Assembly: GCA_023246005.1 (NCBI GenBank)
Contig: JAHFJG010000008.1
Location: 1-54,408 of the forward strand
Source of the DNA: Candidatus Doudnabacteria bacterium
GTDB lineage: Bacteria; Patescibacteriota; Doudnabacteria; UBA920; O2-02-FULL-48-8
DNA length: 54,408 bases
Reading direction: 5' to 3'
Both the position numbers and the translations under genes were made by a program. The notes under the pieces were generated by a model. It saw only the letters and a program-made list of their open reading frames with translations. It was not told the DNA's origin and did not search any database. Within the stretch, counting starts at the first letter, position 1. Every line of letters begins with the position of its first letter. This document shows positions 18,934-29,319 of the stretch, one piece after another.

Positions 18934-18972
18934 TGACAAAGTGCTAAAAAAAGAACTGGAGGAAAAAGACAG

Positions 18973-19188
18973 ATGGATCATGAGTTTGAGTTGATTTCGG
19001 GTGGGCAAATCGAAGAGCAAGTTGCTCGGTACGGCTTTCCAACCCTCACGTGCGAACACGTCATTCGCCTATTTCGCACCCGCCGAATTGGCGCAGGCCA
19101 AAAGAAGATCTTGGTCCGCAGGAATGAACAAGGCCATCTCATCGAGGTGGCGTGCTCGGACTGTATTCCTTCCCCGGCCCTCCCGTAG
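18973..19188 (+). CDS. small hypothetical protein, possible zinc binder
   Basis: GGAGG RBS, own promoter and terminator; CxH and CxxC. Confidence 0.6.
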   Translation: MDHEFELISGGQIEEQVARYGFPTLTCEHVIRLFRTRRIGAGQKKILVRRNEQGHLIEVACSDCIPSPALP

Positions 19189-19196
19189 TAACCCGG

Positions 19197-19230
19197 CGCT
19201 TGAAGAACAATCCTCAAGCGCTTTTCTTTT
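19197..19230 (+). terminator. intrinsic terminator
   Basis: GCGCTTGA...TCAAGCGC followed by TTTTCTTTT. Confidence 0.7.
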
Positions 19231-20148
19231 TTACTTTATTTTGCAAACTTGTTTTAAAGCCGCAATATCATCGATGGTTGGCTTGGTATTTTTGCTTTGA
19301 TTCAGATAATACATGATAGACATGGGATTTGAATTGTGCTCCAAACCCAACGCATGCCCCAACTCGTGCGCCAGCACTCGGACTAATTGATTCTGATCAG
19401 TGAATTCATAGATATTAACCTCGCGGCCTGATGAATCGTTTTTGTACAAGCCTTCTTCAAATTCTGGGCCACGTGACGTGCCAACACTATTGTAAGTTGC
19501 TACATTCAAATTCAGCTCCGCGCCTAAGCGGTTCAAAATATTCGCTAGGCCGTTGATATTATCCACAAGCGAATTTAAATTCTGGTTATCTTGGTTGATT
19601 TGACCGCTCTCCGAATTAAGTTGGTTTCGTTGCTGGTTTAGCTGATCAACAACGTTCCTCGGCGCGCCGCCCTGTCTGTTCCAATAATTGACGGTTTGCT
19701 CGTAGGATTGCCGTTGCTGAGTATAACTGGCAATTTCAATTTCCAAATTCTGCTTTTTTTGTTTATACTCCGCAGTCAATGAATCATATTTGGCTTTCAG
19801 GGATTGGTAAGAGCCTTGCGTATCATCAATAGTCAAACCCAAACTTTTCAGCTTATCTGTGGCCTCCTGCCGATAATCATAAACCAAATTGATTTTCAAT
19901 TTTCCATTGGGAGAATATCGATATAAATCTTTGTTAACAGCGGCGTCCCAAATCTGCGCCGCTTGATTGACATCATCTAGAAATTGATCTTGTGTAATGC
20001 CGAATTTCGGATCAAACGTGCCGAGCGAATATGTGATCGGCTGCGAGCACGGCTGAATCAGCCATGGCAAATAACCATGCTCGTAAGCAAAATATCCCCC
20101 GCCAGCAATTATCGCAATCAGTACAATTGTGGTAAATAGCCGGCGCAT
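19231..20148 (-). CDS. matrixin (M10) family metalloprotease with coiled-coil insert
   Basis: HELGHALGLEH, Met-turn SIMY, N-terminal TM. Confidence 0.88.
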   Translation of the reverse strand: MRRLFTTIVLIAIIAGGGYFAYEHGYLPWLIQPCSQPITYSLGTFDPKFGITQDQFLDDVNQAAQIWDAAVNKDLYRYSPNGKLKINLVYDYRQEATDKLKSLGLTIDDTQGSYQSLKAKYDSLTAEYKQKKQNLEIEIASYTQQRQSYEQTVNYWNRQGGAPRNVVDQLNQQRNQLNSESGQINQDNQNLNSLVDNINGLANILNRLGAELNLNVATYNSVGTSRGPEFEEGLYKNDSSGREVNIYEFTDQNQLVRVLAHELGHALGLEHNSNPMSIMYYLNQSKNTKPTIDDIAALKQVCKIK

Positions 20149-20694
20149 TTATTCCTGCTTCAAGAGTGGCGCGAATTTGGCTCGTAATTTGGCAATTTTC
20201 GGATTGATCACGACTTGACAGTAAGGTTTGTTCTGATTCTGTTCATAGTAACGTTGATGATAACTTTCTGCTGGCCAAAATTTATCCAGAGGGCGGATTT
20301 CTGTGACAACCGGATCTTTAAATGTTCCGTCATCTTCAAGTTTTTTTATAAATTCTTCAGCTTGCCGCTTCTGTTCCAAAGCGGTATAGAAAACCGCAGA
20401 CCGATACTGCTCGCCGACATCTCCTCCCTGTCGATTCAAGGTTGTCGGATCATGCATGGCAAAAAAGACATTTAATAGATCAGCATACTTAACCACACCC
20501 GGATCAAATTCAATCTTGATTGATTCAACGTGGCCGGTGTTGCCCATAGAAACTTGTTCATAGCTGGGATTAGGGGTCCTGCCGCCAGCATAGCCGGATT
20601 CAACCGACTCAACACCTTTGAGTCGCGTGAAAATGGCCTTAGTGCACCAGAAGCAACCACCGCCGAAAACGGCTGATTGTAGGTTGTTGAGCAT
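20149..20694 (-). CDS. msrA: peptide methionine-(S)-S-oxide reductase
   Basis: GGCFWC, HDPTTLNRQG, AESYHQRYY; start taken at ATG 20694. Confidence 0.95.
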   Translation of the reverse strand: MLNNLQSAVFGGGCFWCTKAIFTRLKGVESVESGYAGGRTPNPSYEQVSMGNTGHVESIKIEFDPGVVKYADLLNVFFAMHDPTTLNRQGGDVGEQYRSAVFYTALEQKRQAEEFIKKLEDDGTFKDPVVTEIRPLDKFWPAESYHQRYYEQNQNKPYCQVVINPKIAKLRAKFAPLLKQE

Positions 20695-20746
20695 GATATC
20701 CCTCCGGTTACGGCCATCAGGTGTGTTTGCCGGAAACTTAAAATTT

Positions 20747-21208
20747 TTATTCAATATTTATTATTTCGTATTCTGTCTTGCCTGCTGGCGTTTCAACTGG
20801 AATTTTGTCTCCCCTTTTTGCACCAAGCAATGCTCGTCCGACGAGCGACTCGTTTGAAATTTTGCCAGAAGCCGGGTTGGCTTCGTTTGCGCCGACAATT
20901 GTATATTTCAAATCTTTGCCATTCATACGTATGCTGACTGTAGAACCAATGCTAACTAAATTATGATCACTCTTATGCTCAATAATCTGAGCGTTCTTGA
21001 CCATATCTTCAAGCTCCTGAATCCGGCCTTCGATGAAAGCCTGTTCTTCCTTAGCCTGGGCATAGTCAGCGTTTTCAGATAAATCTCCGTGTGAGACAGC
21101 CTCTTGGATTCGCTCAATCACTTCGTGCCTGCGGTCTTCTTTCAGGACTTTTAATTCGTCTTTGAGCTTTTTCAAACCTTCTTCAGTGAGTAGTACGGCT
21201 TTAGACAT
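20747..21208 (-). CDS. greA: transcription elongation factor GreA
   Basis: HGDLSENADY, ISNESLVGRALLG. Confidence 0.96.
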   Translation of the reverse strand: MSKAVLLTEEGLKKLKDELKVLKEDRRHEVIERIQEAVSHGDLSENADYAQAKEEQAFIEGRIQELEDMVKNAQIIEHKSDHNLVSIGSTVSIRMNGKDLKYTIVGANEANPASGKISNESLVGRALLGAKRGDKIPVETPAGKTEYEIINIE

Positions 21209-21226
21209 ATTTTTCGATTCTTATAA

Positions 21227-21249
21227 AAGGCCCCCGACTGGGGTCCTTG
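21227..21249 (-). terminator. possible terminator after the NRAMP gene
   Basis: GC-rich hairpin with T-tract on minus strand. Confidence 0.5.
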
Positions 21250-21254
21250 ATTAC

Positions 21255-22535
21255 TTATTCGTGAATAATATACCAAATCGTAAGAATACTGGCAAGACCC
21301 ATTACCGAGGTGATCAGCCAGCCAAAAAATTTAATAACAGAGCCATTGACCCATTCCTTCATGACTTTCTGATTGGAAGACAACAATACAATGACAGCCA
21401 AAATAAACGGCGAGATAAGTCCGTTTAAAACTGCGGAATAAATCAACATTTTAATCACGTCTAAATGAAAAAAATTCATAAACAAACCCACTAGCATGGA
21501 GAGCGTGATTACTCCGTAGAATGCATAAGCCTGATTAAATTTATGATACAGACCTTCGCGCCAGCCCAAGCTTTCTGAAATTGCATAAGACGACGATCCG
21601 GCCAGTACAGGAACAGCCAGCATACCGGTGCCAATGATTCCTAAAGTAAACAACAAATAAGCCAAATTTCCGCCTAAGGGCTTGAGCGCCAAAGCGGCTT
21701 GAGCCGCGTCTTTGATATCTGTAATCCCATTAGCAAAAAGAGTAGCGCTACAAACTGCGATAATAAAAAACATTACCAGGTTTGATAAAAACATTCCTCC
21801 CCAAACGTCAAAGCGCATTCTGCTAATATCGGCCAAGCTCGTGTTCTCCTCGCGCTGTTTAATGGTGGTTTTGCCTGCTTTGATCTGCTCTTCGACTTCC
21901 TGCGAAGTCTGCCAGAAAAACAAATATGGCGAAATTGTAGTGCCCAAAATCGCGGTCAATAAAAACAAACTTTGCTTGTTAAAAACAATGCTCGGAACAA
22001 CCAAATGTTGCAGTGCCTGCGCCCAGTTAATATCAATGATCAGTCCAGTCAAGACATATGACAACAGCACCAAAGCCAGCCACTTAAGCGCTCTTGCATA
22101 AGATCTGTAAGCTGTAAAAATTTGTAAATATAGACTAAGCAATGCAAATGCGATGACAAGTACTTCAAAATTTATCGGTATTAACAATTGTAAAGATTTA
22201 GCCATGATCCCCAGATCAGCCCCTAGATTAAACGTATTGGCAACAAGCAACAAGCTAGCGCACAAATATAAAATCCATCTGGGATAATATATTCTAATCG
22301 CTCCAGCCAAACCACGGCCTGTAACAATTCCAATCCGCGCGCACATTTCCTGGACCACAGCCATGAGGGGAAACGTCAGAAGCGCAGTCCACAAAAAATT
22401 ATAACCGTAAGAGGCGCCAGCTTGCGAGTAAGTAGCAATCCCCGATGGATCATCATCAGCAGCCCCAGTCGTTAAGCCCGGCCCCAGCATGTGCCAATAT
22501 TCCTGGATTTTTATTTCGGCTTTGTTTTTGTCCAT
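21255..22535 (-). CDS. NRAMP-family divalent metal transporter
   Basis: LGPGLTTGAADDDPSGIATY, GTTISPYLFFWQ. Confidence 0.9.
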   Translation of the reverse strand: MDKNKAEIKIQEYWHMLGPGLTTGAADDDPSGIATYSQAGASYGYNFLWTALLTFPLMAVVQEMCARIGIVTGRGLAGAIRIYYPRWILYLCASLLLVANTFNLGADLGIMAKSLQLLIPINFEVLVIAFALLSLYLQIFTAYRSYARALKWLALVLLSYVLTGLIIDINWAQALQHLVVPSIVFNKQSLFLLTAILGTTISPYLFFWQTSQEVEEQIKAGKTTIKQREENTSLADISRMRFDVWGGMFLSNLVMFFIIAVCSATLFANGITDIKDAAQAALALKPLGGNLAYLLFTLGIIGTGMLAVPVLAGSSSYAISESLGWREGLYHKFNQAYAFYGVITLSMLVGLFMNFFHLDVIKMLIYSAVLNGLISPFILAVIVLLSSNQKVMKEWVNGSVIKFFGWLITSVMGLASILTIWYIIHE

Positions 22536-22542
22536 TAGCTAA

Positions 22543-22584
22543 ATTATAGCCTGTCTTGACTTTTAGGGCAAAAACATTCATGAT
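22543..22584. promoter_or_regulatory. overlapping divergent promoters NRAMP / orphan ORF
   Basis: Minus TTGCCC-N17-TATAAT-7nt-ATG; plus TTGACT-N17-CATGAT. Confidence 0.6.
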
Positions 22585-22654
22585 GTATTGTCTCTGACAA
22601 AGACGAAAACCGCTTCGCCAACTCGGCCAAGTGACATTAGGAGGAGTACAAGTT

Positions 22655-23119
22655 ATGGCAAAGGTATCTGTCAAACGGTACGTTGAGCAGGTCCGTGACG
22701 GAAGCGAGTACAAAGGTTACCTGAAAATCGCCGAGACCACATTGGACTATGAGCTGAGGTTCGACATCCCGATTGACAAGCTGGATGATTCTGAACTCTT
22801 AGATGGAGTTCATGAAATTCGCCGGGTCTTCCAGCTGACTGTGAAGCGAAACGGAAAGAGGATTGAACTCACCGATGAAGAATATGGCTTCTTCTTCCGG
22901 TTGCTCGTTTTGTTCGCAGTCGAGTTCTACAACAATCCGCGAACTCGTGAAAACAACCAAGGCCTTCTGGGAATGACCTTGCGTGGCAAGGGAGAGATAT
23001 CAGCTTTCGGAGTTTCCTCTTCGATCGGGATTACGAGCAGCAACTCGTATGACATCCCGTCTGGACTGTGTGAGACCTTGAACGCGCCGAAGTTTGGGTG
23101 CGCAATCAACGGCACCTGA
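22655..23119 (+). CDS. hypothetical protein
   Basis: AGGAGGA RBS before ATG 22655; 154 codons; followed by hairpins and T-tract. Confidence 0.7.
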   Translation: MAKVSVKRYVEQVRDGSEYKGYLKIAETTLDYELRFDIPIDKLDDSELLDGVHEIRRVFQLTVKRNGKRIELTDEEYGFFFRLLVLFAVEFYNNPRTRENNQGLLGMTLRGKGEISAFGVSSSIGITSSNSYDIPSGLCETLNAPKFGCAINGT

Positions 23120-23130
23120 ACAATCATGCT

Positions 23131-23215
23131 GGGGACGAAGGTCATCTTGACTTCGTCCCCTCCCCACCATCCCCAAACCCCGACACTACGATCGGGGGTA
23201 AGAGGGATTTTTTTA
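23131..23215 (+). terminator. hairpin pair / terminator after orphan ORF
   Basis: GGGGACGAAG..CTTCGTCCCC, then CCCCGA..TCGGGG..GGGATTTTTTT. Confidence 0.55.
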
Positions 23216-23251
23216 TTGCCCAAATCTACCCAGGCGAATGCCGAGGTGGGT

Positions 23252-25180
23252 TTACTTTTTATACCTATTCTCTGCCCACCAAGCATACACCGCCTTGGCC
23301 ACTGGTCCGCCCACAGCATAACCTTCCCCGCCGCCTTCGACTAACACTGTCACAGCAATCTGCGGGTTATCCGATGGCGCGTAAGATGTGAACCAAGCAT
23401 GCGCGCGGTTTGGATTATGCGGATCGAACTGAGCAGTGCCAGTTTTGGCAGAGACAGCAATTGGCAGAGTATTAAGAGCCCTGCCAGTGCCCTGGGTTAC
23501 AGTCTGGCGCATACCATCTTGGACTATTTTAATCACATTTGGGTCAAAAATATTCTCAGCTAAAACTTTAGGCATTCCTTTGGCTAAAATTTTCCCATTT
23601 TTATCATTAACTTCATTCAATACATATGGCTGCATGACCCGTCCACCATTCGCAATGGTTGCAGTCCAACTATTAACTTGCAGTGGGGTGGCCAAAACAT
23701 CTCCTTGGCCGATTGATTCATGATATGTATCGCCCAAATACCATGTTTCTTTTTTCACTTGCTTCTTCCAAACAGGATCAGGCACAAGCCCTGGTTTTTC
23801 AGCAGGCAAATCAATTCCTAATTTCTGGCCCAAATAAAACTTCCGCAAATACTCGGCAATCTTATCAGGCCCCAGACCATTCTTCACAGGACTTTTCGGG
23901 TTGCCGCCGCCCACGCTATAAAAATAAATATCTGATGATCTCGCAATAGCCGAATAAATATCCATAATGCCAAGCCCAGATCTTTCATAACCATAAAAAG
24001 CATACTGGCCGACTCGAATCACGCCATCATCTAAAATTTTTGTTTGAGGAGTAACTACTTTTTCTGTTAAGGCAGCAACAGCCATCATGGGTTTGATTGT
24101 TGAACCTGGCGGATACTGGCCGGAAATCGCGCGATTCAAAAAAACATTATCGGAATTAGCGTTAAGCTTGGCATAATCATCTTTGGAAATTCCCTTTGCA
24201 AATAAATTATTATCAAACGACGGCAAGGAAACCAAAGCCATGATCTCGCCAGTATAAGGATTGGTAATCACCGCGGCCGCTTTTTTGCTTTTAACTACAT
24301 TCAGCTCGGCAGTCAAGTTATTATAGAGTGTTTTCTGTAAATCATAATCAATATTAAGTTTAACATTGTTGCCAAGAACAGGTAGCACTTCCGCCAGTGT
24401 CCGCTTATAATTTCCCTGCGCATCAATTTCTGCCTGCTTCCTGCCATTAGTACCATGCAAAAATTGTTCGTACCAATACTCAATGCCGGTTTTGCCAATA
24501 TCATCATTTGACGCGTAAGTATTATTCTTTTGAATTAATTCGTCTTGGGTAATTTTGCCAGTGTAACCTACTAAGTGGGTAAAGACTAACGAGTCTTTAT
24601 AATCGCGGATAGCGCTATCATCAGCCACAAAACCTTTTAAATCATTCTGCTTAGCAATCAAAATTAAAGCTTGATCTTTGGTAATGTCTTGGACTAAAGT
24701 CTGGCCTTGATACGATTTTGGCTGCATTTTTGCGATAATGTCTTGCAATTCCGAGTTGTCTTTACCTAATATAGCGGCAACTTTTGTCAGTTCAGCAAGA
24801 AATTGAGATTGATCAAGCGGCAAATCAGCTGTAATAACATCTAGTTCAAAACTCGGAGTATTCGAGGCAATCACCTTGCCAAAGCGATCCAAGACCAAGC
24901 CTCTGGGAGCTAAAACATATTGGATGCGAAGTTTATTGCCTTCAGCTAAAATTTTATACTCCGAGCCTTTGATAACTTGCAAAAAAAGAATCCGACCAAA
25001 CAAAAAACACAAACAAACAAAAATAATTCCTCCCAAGACGCGATAATTGACTGAATCGCGCTCATCATCCAATGTTGTAGCATCATCAATTTGCAAATCC
25101 AAAAACGCCTCATCGTAGCTTAGATTTTTGTTCGCGTGGATTTTAGCCTTTAAATTTTTGATTTCAAATGGGTCACCCAT
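23252..25180 (-). CDS. mrdA: penicillin-binding protein 2
   Basis: PGSTIK (SxxK), SSD, KTGTAQ; follows mreBCD. Confidence 0.95.
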   Translation of the reverse strand: MGDPFEIKNLKAKIHANKNLSYDEAFLDLQIDDATTLDDERDSVNYRVLGGIIFVCLCFLFGRILFLQVIKGSEYKILAEGNKLRIQYVLAPRGLVLDRFGKVIASNTPSFELDVITADLPLDQSQFLAELTKVAAILGKDNSELQDIIAKMQPKSYQGQTLVQDITKDQALILIAKQNDLKGFVADDSAIRDYKDSLVFTHLVGYTGKITQDELIQKNNTYASNDDIGKTGIEYWYEQFLHGTNGRKQAEIDAQGNYKRTLAEVLPVLGNNVKLNIDYDLQKTLYNNLTAELNVVKSKKAAAVITNPYTGEIMALVSLPSFDNNLFAKGISKDDYAKLNANSDNVFLNRAISGQYPPGSTIKPMMAVAALTEKVVTPQTKILDDGVIRVGQYAFYGYERSGLGIMDIYSAIARSSDIYFYSVGGGNPKSPVKNGLGPDKIAEYLRKFYLGQKLGIDLPAEKPGLVPDPVWKKQVKKETWYLGDTYHESIGQGDVLATPLQVNSWTATIANGGRVMQPYVLNEVNDKNGKILAKGMPKVLAENIFDPNVIKIVQDGMRQTVTQGTGRALNTLPIAVSAKTGTAQFDPHNPNRAHAWFTSYAPSDNPQIAVTVLVEGGGEGYAVGGPVAKAVYAWWAENRYKK

Positions 25181-25665
25181 GATTGTACGACTGAATAATA
25201 TTTATATACGGGATAAGTAAAAAGTAAATTAAAAAATAAATTTGAGATCAGTTTATCACCAAAAAAATATTTATAATCCATGACGTGATTCAGATGAAAA
25301 ACTAAAAAAATACTGTTTAATCCAAGAAATACAAAAAAATAAATAATTGTTGTAATTGCAACCGAACTAAACAAAATCAACATGCTTGGCTCTTTGTGCA
25401 GCAGCGTATGCAGAATGAAATACATAATTAAAAAAATCGAAAACATAGTCATGCTGATAATTCCATCTGCTGAACCTGAAATCAAATCCAGCATGACCCC
25501 CCCGATCAAAGCTATGGCCAAAGAAGTGTCAAAATCAGAAATAACGATTGCGACCACGAGAAAAACCAAAATCAGATTTACGGCAGTTATCTGAAGCGGC
25601 ATTAGCGCGCCGATTTGGATAACTAACAAAAAGAAAATTGAAAACAACCAAATCAAATACTTCAT
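25150..25665 (-). CDS. mreD: rod shape protein MreD
   Basis: Polytopic membrane protein, GGVMLDLISG, between mreC and mrdA. Confidence 0.75.
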   Translation of the reverse strand: MKYLIWLFSIFFLLVIQIGALMPLQITAVNLILVFLVVAIVISDFDTSLAIALIGGVMLDLISGSADGIISMTMFSIFLIMYFILHTLLHKEPSMLILFSSVAITTIIYFFVFLGLNSIFLVFHLNHVMDYKYFFGDKLISNLFFNLLFTYPVYKYYSVVQSWVTHLKSKI

Positions 25666-26462
25666 TGGACAACAAAAATAAACCTTATGTTTCGCAAATC
25701 CGCAGCTGGCGAGATGTAGGCTTTTTGAAATAAATCCGTGGAATTCGATCGCAAGGCAGCAACCTGGCCAATCAGAAGTCCTCTTGGAAAATCATTGGAA
25801 AGTCCAGAAGTTATCACTTGATCACCGGATTTGATCAAATCGTTTTGGGTGACTAAATCAAGGGTTAAACCAAGCCCGTGCTCGCCGCGAATTAGTCCTC
25901 TTGCGGCCGAATCCACTACTTCGGCATTCACTACAATTGACGGATCAGTAATCAGCGTAACTTCGGCGCTGGCAGGATAAAGCTTAGTCACCTTGCCAAC
26001 CAGAAGCCCTGGAGCTGCTACAACTGGTTGATTAAGACTAATCGAATAATTCTGGCCTTTATCAATAATTATTGTTTGCGTAAAACCAGTGGCGTCCAAA
26101 GTCAAAACCTCGACTGGCACAAGGTTAGGTTGCGATTGTTGCTTAAAGCTTAAAGCTTTGCGCAAAGCCGAATTTTCATCTTCGGCTGATCTAAGCCTGG
26201 CATTGTCAAAGGACAGCGCATCAATTTTTTGGTTTAAAGTCGCATTGTCAGAAACCAAATGCCTGATTGTAAAAAATGTTTGAAAAACTTCTTTAACGCT
26301 ATTGGTTGCAAGTGTGACTTTATTCGTAGTAAAACCATAGACGCGAAAAAAACCGTCTTTGAAAAGACCCAAATAACCTTTGGCGTCCAGAACGACAAAT
26401 ACTGCCAAGATGACAAAAATACTAAAAATTTTCGTAAAAGTTTTGGTGTAGATAAATCTCAT
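25662..26462 (-). CDS. mreC: rod shape protein MreC
   Basis: TM plus coiled coil, IIDKG, GLLVGKV, VITSGL..FPRGLLIG. Confidence 0.93.
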   Translation of the reverse strand: MRFIYTKTFTKIFSIFVILAVFVVLDAKGYLGLFKDGFFRVYGFTTNKVTLATNSVKEVFQTFFTIRHLVSDNATLNQKIDALSFDNARLRSAEDENSALRKALSFKQQSQPNLVPVEVLTLDATGFTQTIIIDKGQNYSISLNQPVVAAPGLLVGKVTKLYPASAEVTLITDPSIVVNAEVVDSAARGLIRGEHGLGLTLDLVTQNDLIKSGDQVITSGLSNDFPRGLLIGQVAALRSNSTDLFQKAYISPAADLRNIRFIFVVQ

Positions 26463-26464
26463 AG

Positions 26465-26527
26465 ATCAGATAACAGTGAACAGATAACAAACTTGGCGAT
26501 GTTGTCTGTTATCTGATAACTGTTCAT
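26465..26527. repeat. inverted heptamer arrays between mreB and mreC
   Basis: ATAACAG/TGAACAG units facing CTGTTAT/CTGATAA/CTGTTCA. Confidence 0.7.
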
Positions 26528-26530
26528 TGA

Positions 26531-27589
26531 TTACCTCGGAATTTGTTCAAACTCGGTTAGAACCAGGACATCTTTCAGCATTGGCAAATCCTCAAGCACA
26601 ATCCCAGTCCCCCGCACGACTGTGGTCAAAGGATCATCAGACACTGTCACTGGCATTTGGGTTTCTTCGGCAATTAGTTGATCCAAACCCCGAAGCAGCG
26701 CCCCGCCGCCAGCCAAAGTAATCCCTCGTTCCATGATGTCAGCCACCAGTTCAGGCGGAGTTTCTTCCACCACAGCTTTGATATTATTGACGATCAATTT
26801 AATCGAACGAGAAATGGCATGACGAATTTGATCATCTGTGACTTTGATTTCTTTTGGCAAGCCAGTAACCAGATCGCGCCCCCGGATCTCTGCCTTCAGC
26901 CGATCTTTCATTTGAATAGCCGAGCCAATTTTAATTTTGACTTCTTCGGCCGTCCTCTCTCCAACCAACAAATTAAATTCATCCCGCGCAAACTGAATAA
27001 TATTTTCATTCATCTCGTCTCCGGCCACGCGGATACTGCGCGAAGTCACAATCCCGCCAAGAGAAATCACGGCAATCTCTGCGGTCCCGCCGCCAATATC
27101 AACAATAAACGATCCTGCCGCGTCTTGTACAGGCAATCTTGCGCCTATGGCTGCGGCCATAGGTTCTTCGATCAAGAAAGCCATACGAGCTCCTGCATTG
27201 AGTGCCGCGTCCTGAACCGCTCGTTTTTCAACTTCGGTCACTCCTGAAGGAATACCAATCACTACTCGCGGTCGAGACAAAAAACCAAAGGTCGCTTGGC
27301 TAACCTTATCTATAAAATACCGGAGCATCTGTTCGGTAACTTCAAAGTCCGAAATCACGCCATCAACCAGGGGCCGGTGCGCGACGATGTGAGAAGGTGT
27401 GCGGCCGACCATGCGTTTGGCTTCATCGCCAATCGCCAAAATCTGCTTAGTCTTTTGGTTAATCGCCACCACAGATGGCTCATTAATAACAATACCCTTG
27501 CCTTTGACATAAACAAGAGTATTGGCTGTACCCAGATCAATTCCAATGTCTTTCGAAAATTTATCAAAAACGAAGTCTAATATCGCCAT
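26531..27589 (-). CDS. mreB: rod shape-determining protein MreB
   Basis: DIGIDLGTANT, IEEPMAAAIGA, DIGGGT. Confidence 0.97.
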   Translation of the reverse strand: MAILDFVFDKFSKDIGIDLGTANTLVYVKGKGIVINEPSVVAINQKTKQILAIGDEAKRMVGRTPSHIVAHRPLVDGVISDFEVTEQMLRYFIDKVSQATFGFLSRPRVVIGIPSGVTEVEKRAVQDAALNAGARMAFLIEEPMAAAIGARLPVQDAAGSFIVDIGGGTAEIAVISLGGIVTSRSIRVAGDEMNENIIQFARDEFNLLVGERTAEEVKIKIGSAIQMKDRLKAEIRGRDLVTGLPKEIKVTDDQIRHAISRSIKLIVNNIKAVVEETPPELVADIMERGITLAGGGALLRGLDQLIAEETQMPVTVSDDPLTTVVRGTGIVLEDLPMLKDVLVLTEFEQIPR

Positions 27590-27625
27590 CAGGAAGAAAT
27601 TAATGAGGGTTTTTTTATTTTTTTG

Positions 27626-28861
27626 TTATGCTCTAAGCGTTTTTGTTAAGTTTTTAATATTTACGATTTGAGATTCTTTGCTATCGCGAGCTTTAATTTC
27701 TACAGAGTCTTCTTTCAAGGTCTTGTCTGACATCAAAATTCTAATCGGAATCCCAATTAAGTCAGCATCAGCAAATTTTTCGCCGGCCGAGGCATCCCTT
27801 TGATCATATAATACTGAAAATTTTTGTTCCTGTAAAGTTGCATATAATTTATCCGAAGCCTCCCTATCAGACGCAATATTTATAAGATGCAAATCAACCG
27901 GAGAAACGGATTTGGGCCAGATAATTCCTTTATCATCATGGAATTTTTCTACAATCACGCCCATTAACCGTGAAATTCCCAAACCATAACACCCCATCAC
28001 TGGATATTGCTTCTTGTTATCCTTGTCTTTAAAACCCAAATCAAAGTCTTGGCCGTATTTTTGGCCTAAATCAAAGACATTGCCGACCTCTGACGCTTTG
28101 GCAAAATTTAGTTTTCCATTGCCACACTTTGGGCACTTGTCCCCGGTTTTTTGTTTAGCAATTTCCAGATTCACGCAAAACTCGCAAACATCGCAATACA
28201 AAATATTATCCTCGCCGGCATCAGTCAGCACCATGAACTCATAGGAAATTTTGTTGCTGAAAGCGCCTCCAGATGCTTCTGTGACTTTGGCTACTAAACC
28301 AATCCGCTCAAAAATTTTCAGATAAGCTTGTTTGACTATTTCGTAATACCTTTCAAAATCCTGTTGGTTCTCATGAAAGCTGTACATATCCTTCATGTAA
28401 AATTCCCGACCGCGAAGAAGGCCGGATTTGGATCGCAATTCATCACGATACTTCCAGCCGATTTGATATACGCTTTTTGGCAAATCTTTATAAGTATCCA
28501 CATACTTCATCACCAGCGGCATGACCACTTCTTCTTCACTTTGGCCCAAAGCGTAATCCTTTTCGGTTCGGCTTTTGATTTTAAATAGAACATCCACTTT
28601 GTCCCAAGCGCCGGTTTTTTTCCAAATTTCCGCCGGATGCAAAGCCGGCATCAAAATCTCTTGTCCGCCATTTGCATCCATTTCTTCCCGCACAATTTGG
28701 GCGATTTTTTTCAAAGTCAAAAAGCCCAGAGGCAAATATGAATATACGCCAGCCATAAGTTTATTGACAAAACCAGCCCGAACCAAAAGTTGGGCGTTCG
28801 TGGTTTCCTCGTCTTTCGGCGCTTGCCGCAAAGTTTTTGTGAATAATTCAGATTGCAACAT
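27626..28861 (-). CDS. proS: proline--tRNA ligase (short form, no editing domain)
   Basis: AGVYSYLPLG, YRDELR..GLLRGREFYMKDMYSF, MGCYGLG; start ATG 28861. Confidence 0.95.
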   Translation of the reverse strand: MLQSELFTKTLRQAPKDEETTNAQLLVRAGFVNKLMAGVYSYLPLGFLTLKKIAQIVREEMDANGGQEILMPALHPAEIWKKTGAWDKVDVLFKIKSRTEKDYALGQSEEEVVMPLVMKYVDTYKDLPKSVYQIGWKYRDELRSKSGLLRGREFYMKDMYSFHENQQDFERYYEIVKQAYLKIFERIGLVAKVTEASGGAFSNKISYEFMVLTDAGEDNILYCDVCEFCVNLEIAKQKTGDKCPKCGNGKLNFAKASEVGNVFDLGQKYGQDFDLGFKDKDNKKQYPVMGCYGLGISRLMGVIVEKFHDDKGIIWPKSVSPVDLHLINIASDREASDKLYATLQEQKFSVLYDQRDASAGEKFADADLIGIPIRILMSDKTLKEDSVEIKARDSKESQIVNIKNLTKTLRA

Positions 28862-28867
28862 AAAGTA

Positions 28868-28917
28868 ATTATAGCAAGCCGCAAAAACCTTGACAAAAGG
28901 GCGCAAAATACTTTAAT
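28868..28917. promoter_or_regulatory. bidirectional promoter proS / orphan ORF
   Basis: Minus TTGTCA-N17-TATAAT-6nt-ATG; plus TTGACA-N16-TTTAAT. Confidence 0.6.
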
Positions 28918-29148
28918 GTGCAGTGTTCATCAAAGGATTACGAAGTAATTGAAGCTTGCGTCCTTGGCTATATTGCCAGACATGAAGAGCAGCGTATTTT
29001 TCAGGTTCCCGAACGCCGAGAATTAGTTCTGAACATGAGCAAAGGGATCGGTCAATTGCTACATGTGCTCATCATGAAGGCCTTGCAAAAGCGCCTCAGC
29101 AACGCGCACGAACGTGAAGTGTTTCATTGGGCTCAAACGACCGATTAA
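28918..29148 (+). CDS. small hypothetical protein
   Basis: 76-codon ORF between promoter and terminator; start uncertain. Confidence 0.45.
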   Translation: MQCSSKDYEVIEACVLGYIARHEEQRIFQVPERRELVLNMSKGIGQLLHVLIMKALQKRLSNAHEREVFHWAQTTD

Positions 29149-29171
29149 ATCCTTCTCACTCTCATCGCTCA

Positions 29172-29222
29172 CCCCATGCCATACCAGACGCAAAAACGTC
29201 TAGGTACAGGGGTTTTCTTTTT
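29172..29222 (+). terminator. long hairpin terminator
   Basis: CCCC..TACC-AGACG-caaaaa-CGTCT-a-GGTA..GGGG followed by TTTTCTTTTT. Confidence 0.6.
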
Positions 29223-29272
29223 GCCAAAAAGCGAGAAACAAAAATTGACATCACATCAATCTTACTTAATTC

Positions 29273-29307
29273 TACGCATTTTGACCGATCGGTCAATTTA
29301 CGTATAA
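29273..29307. repeat. palindromic direct repeat, downstream copy (PaaX-like gene 1)
   Basis: TACGCATTTTGACCGATCGGTCAATTTACGTATAA; 30/35 identical to 29850-29884. Confidence 0.88.
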
Positions 29308-29319
29308 TTCTATTTATCA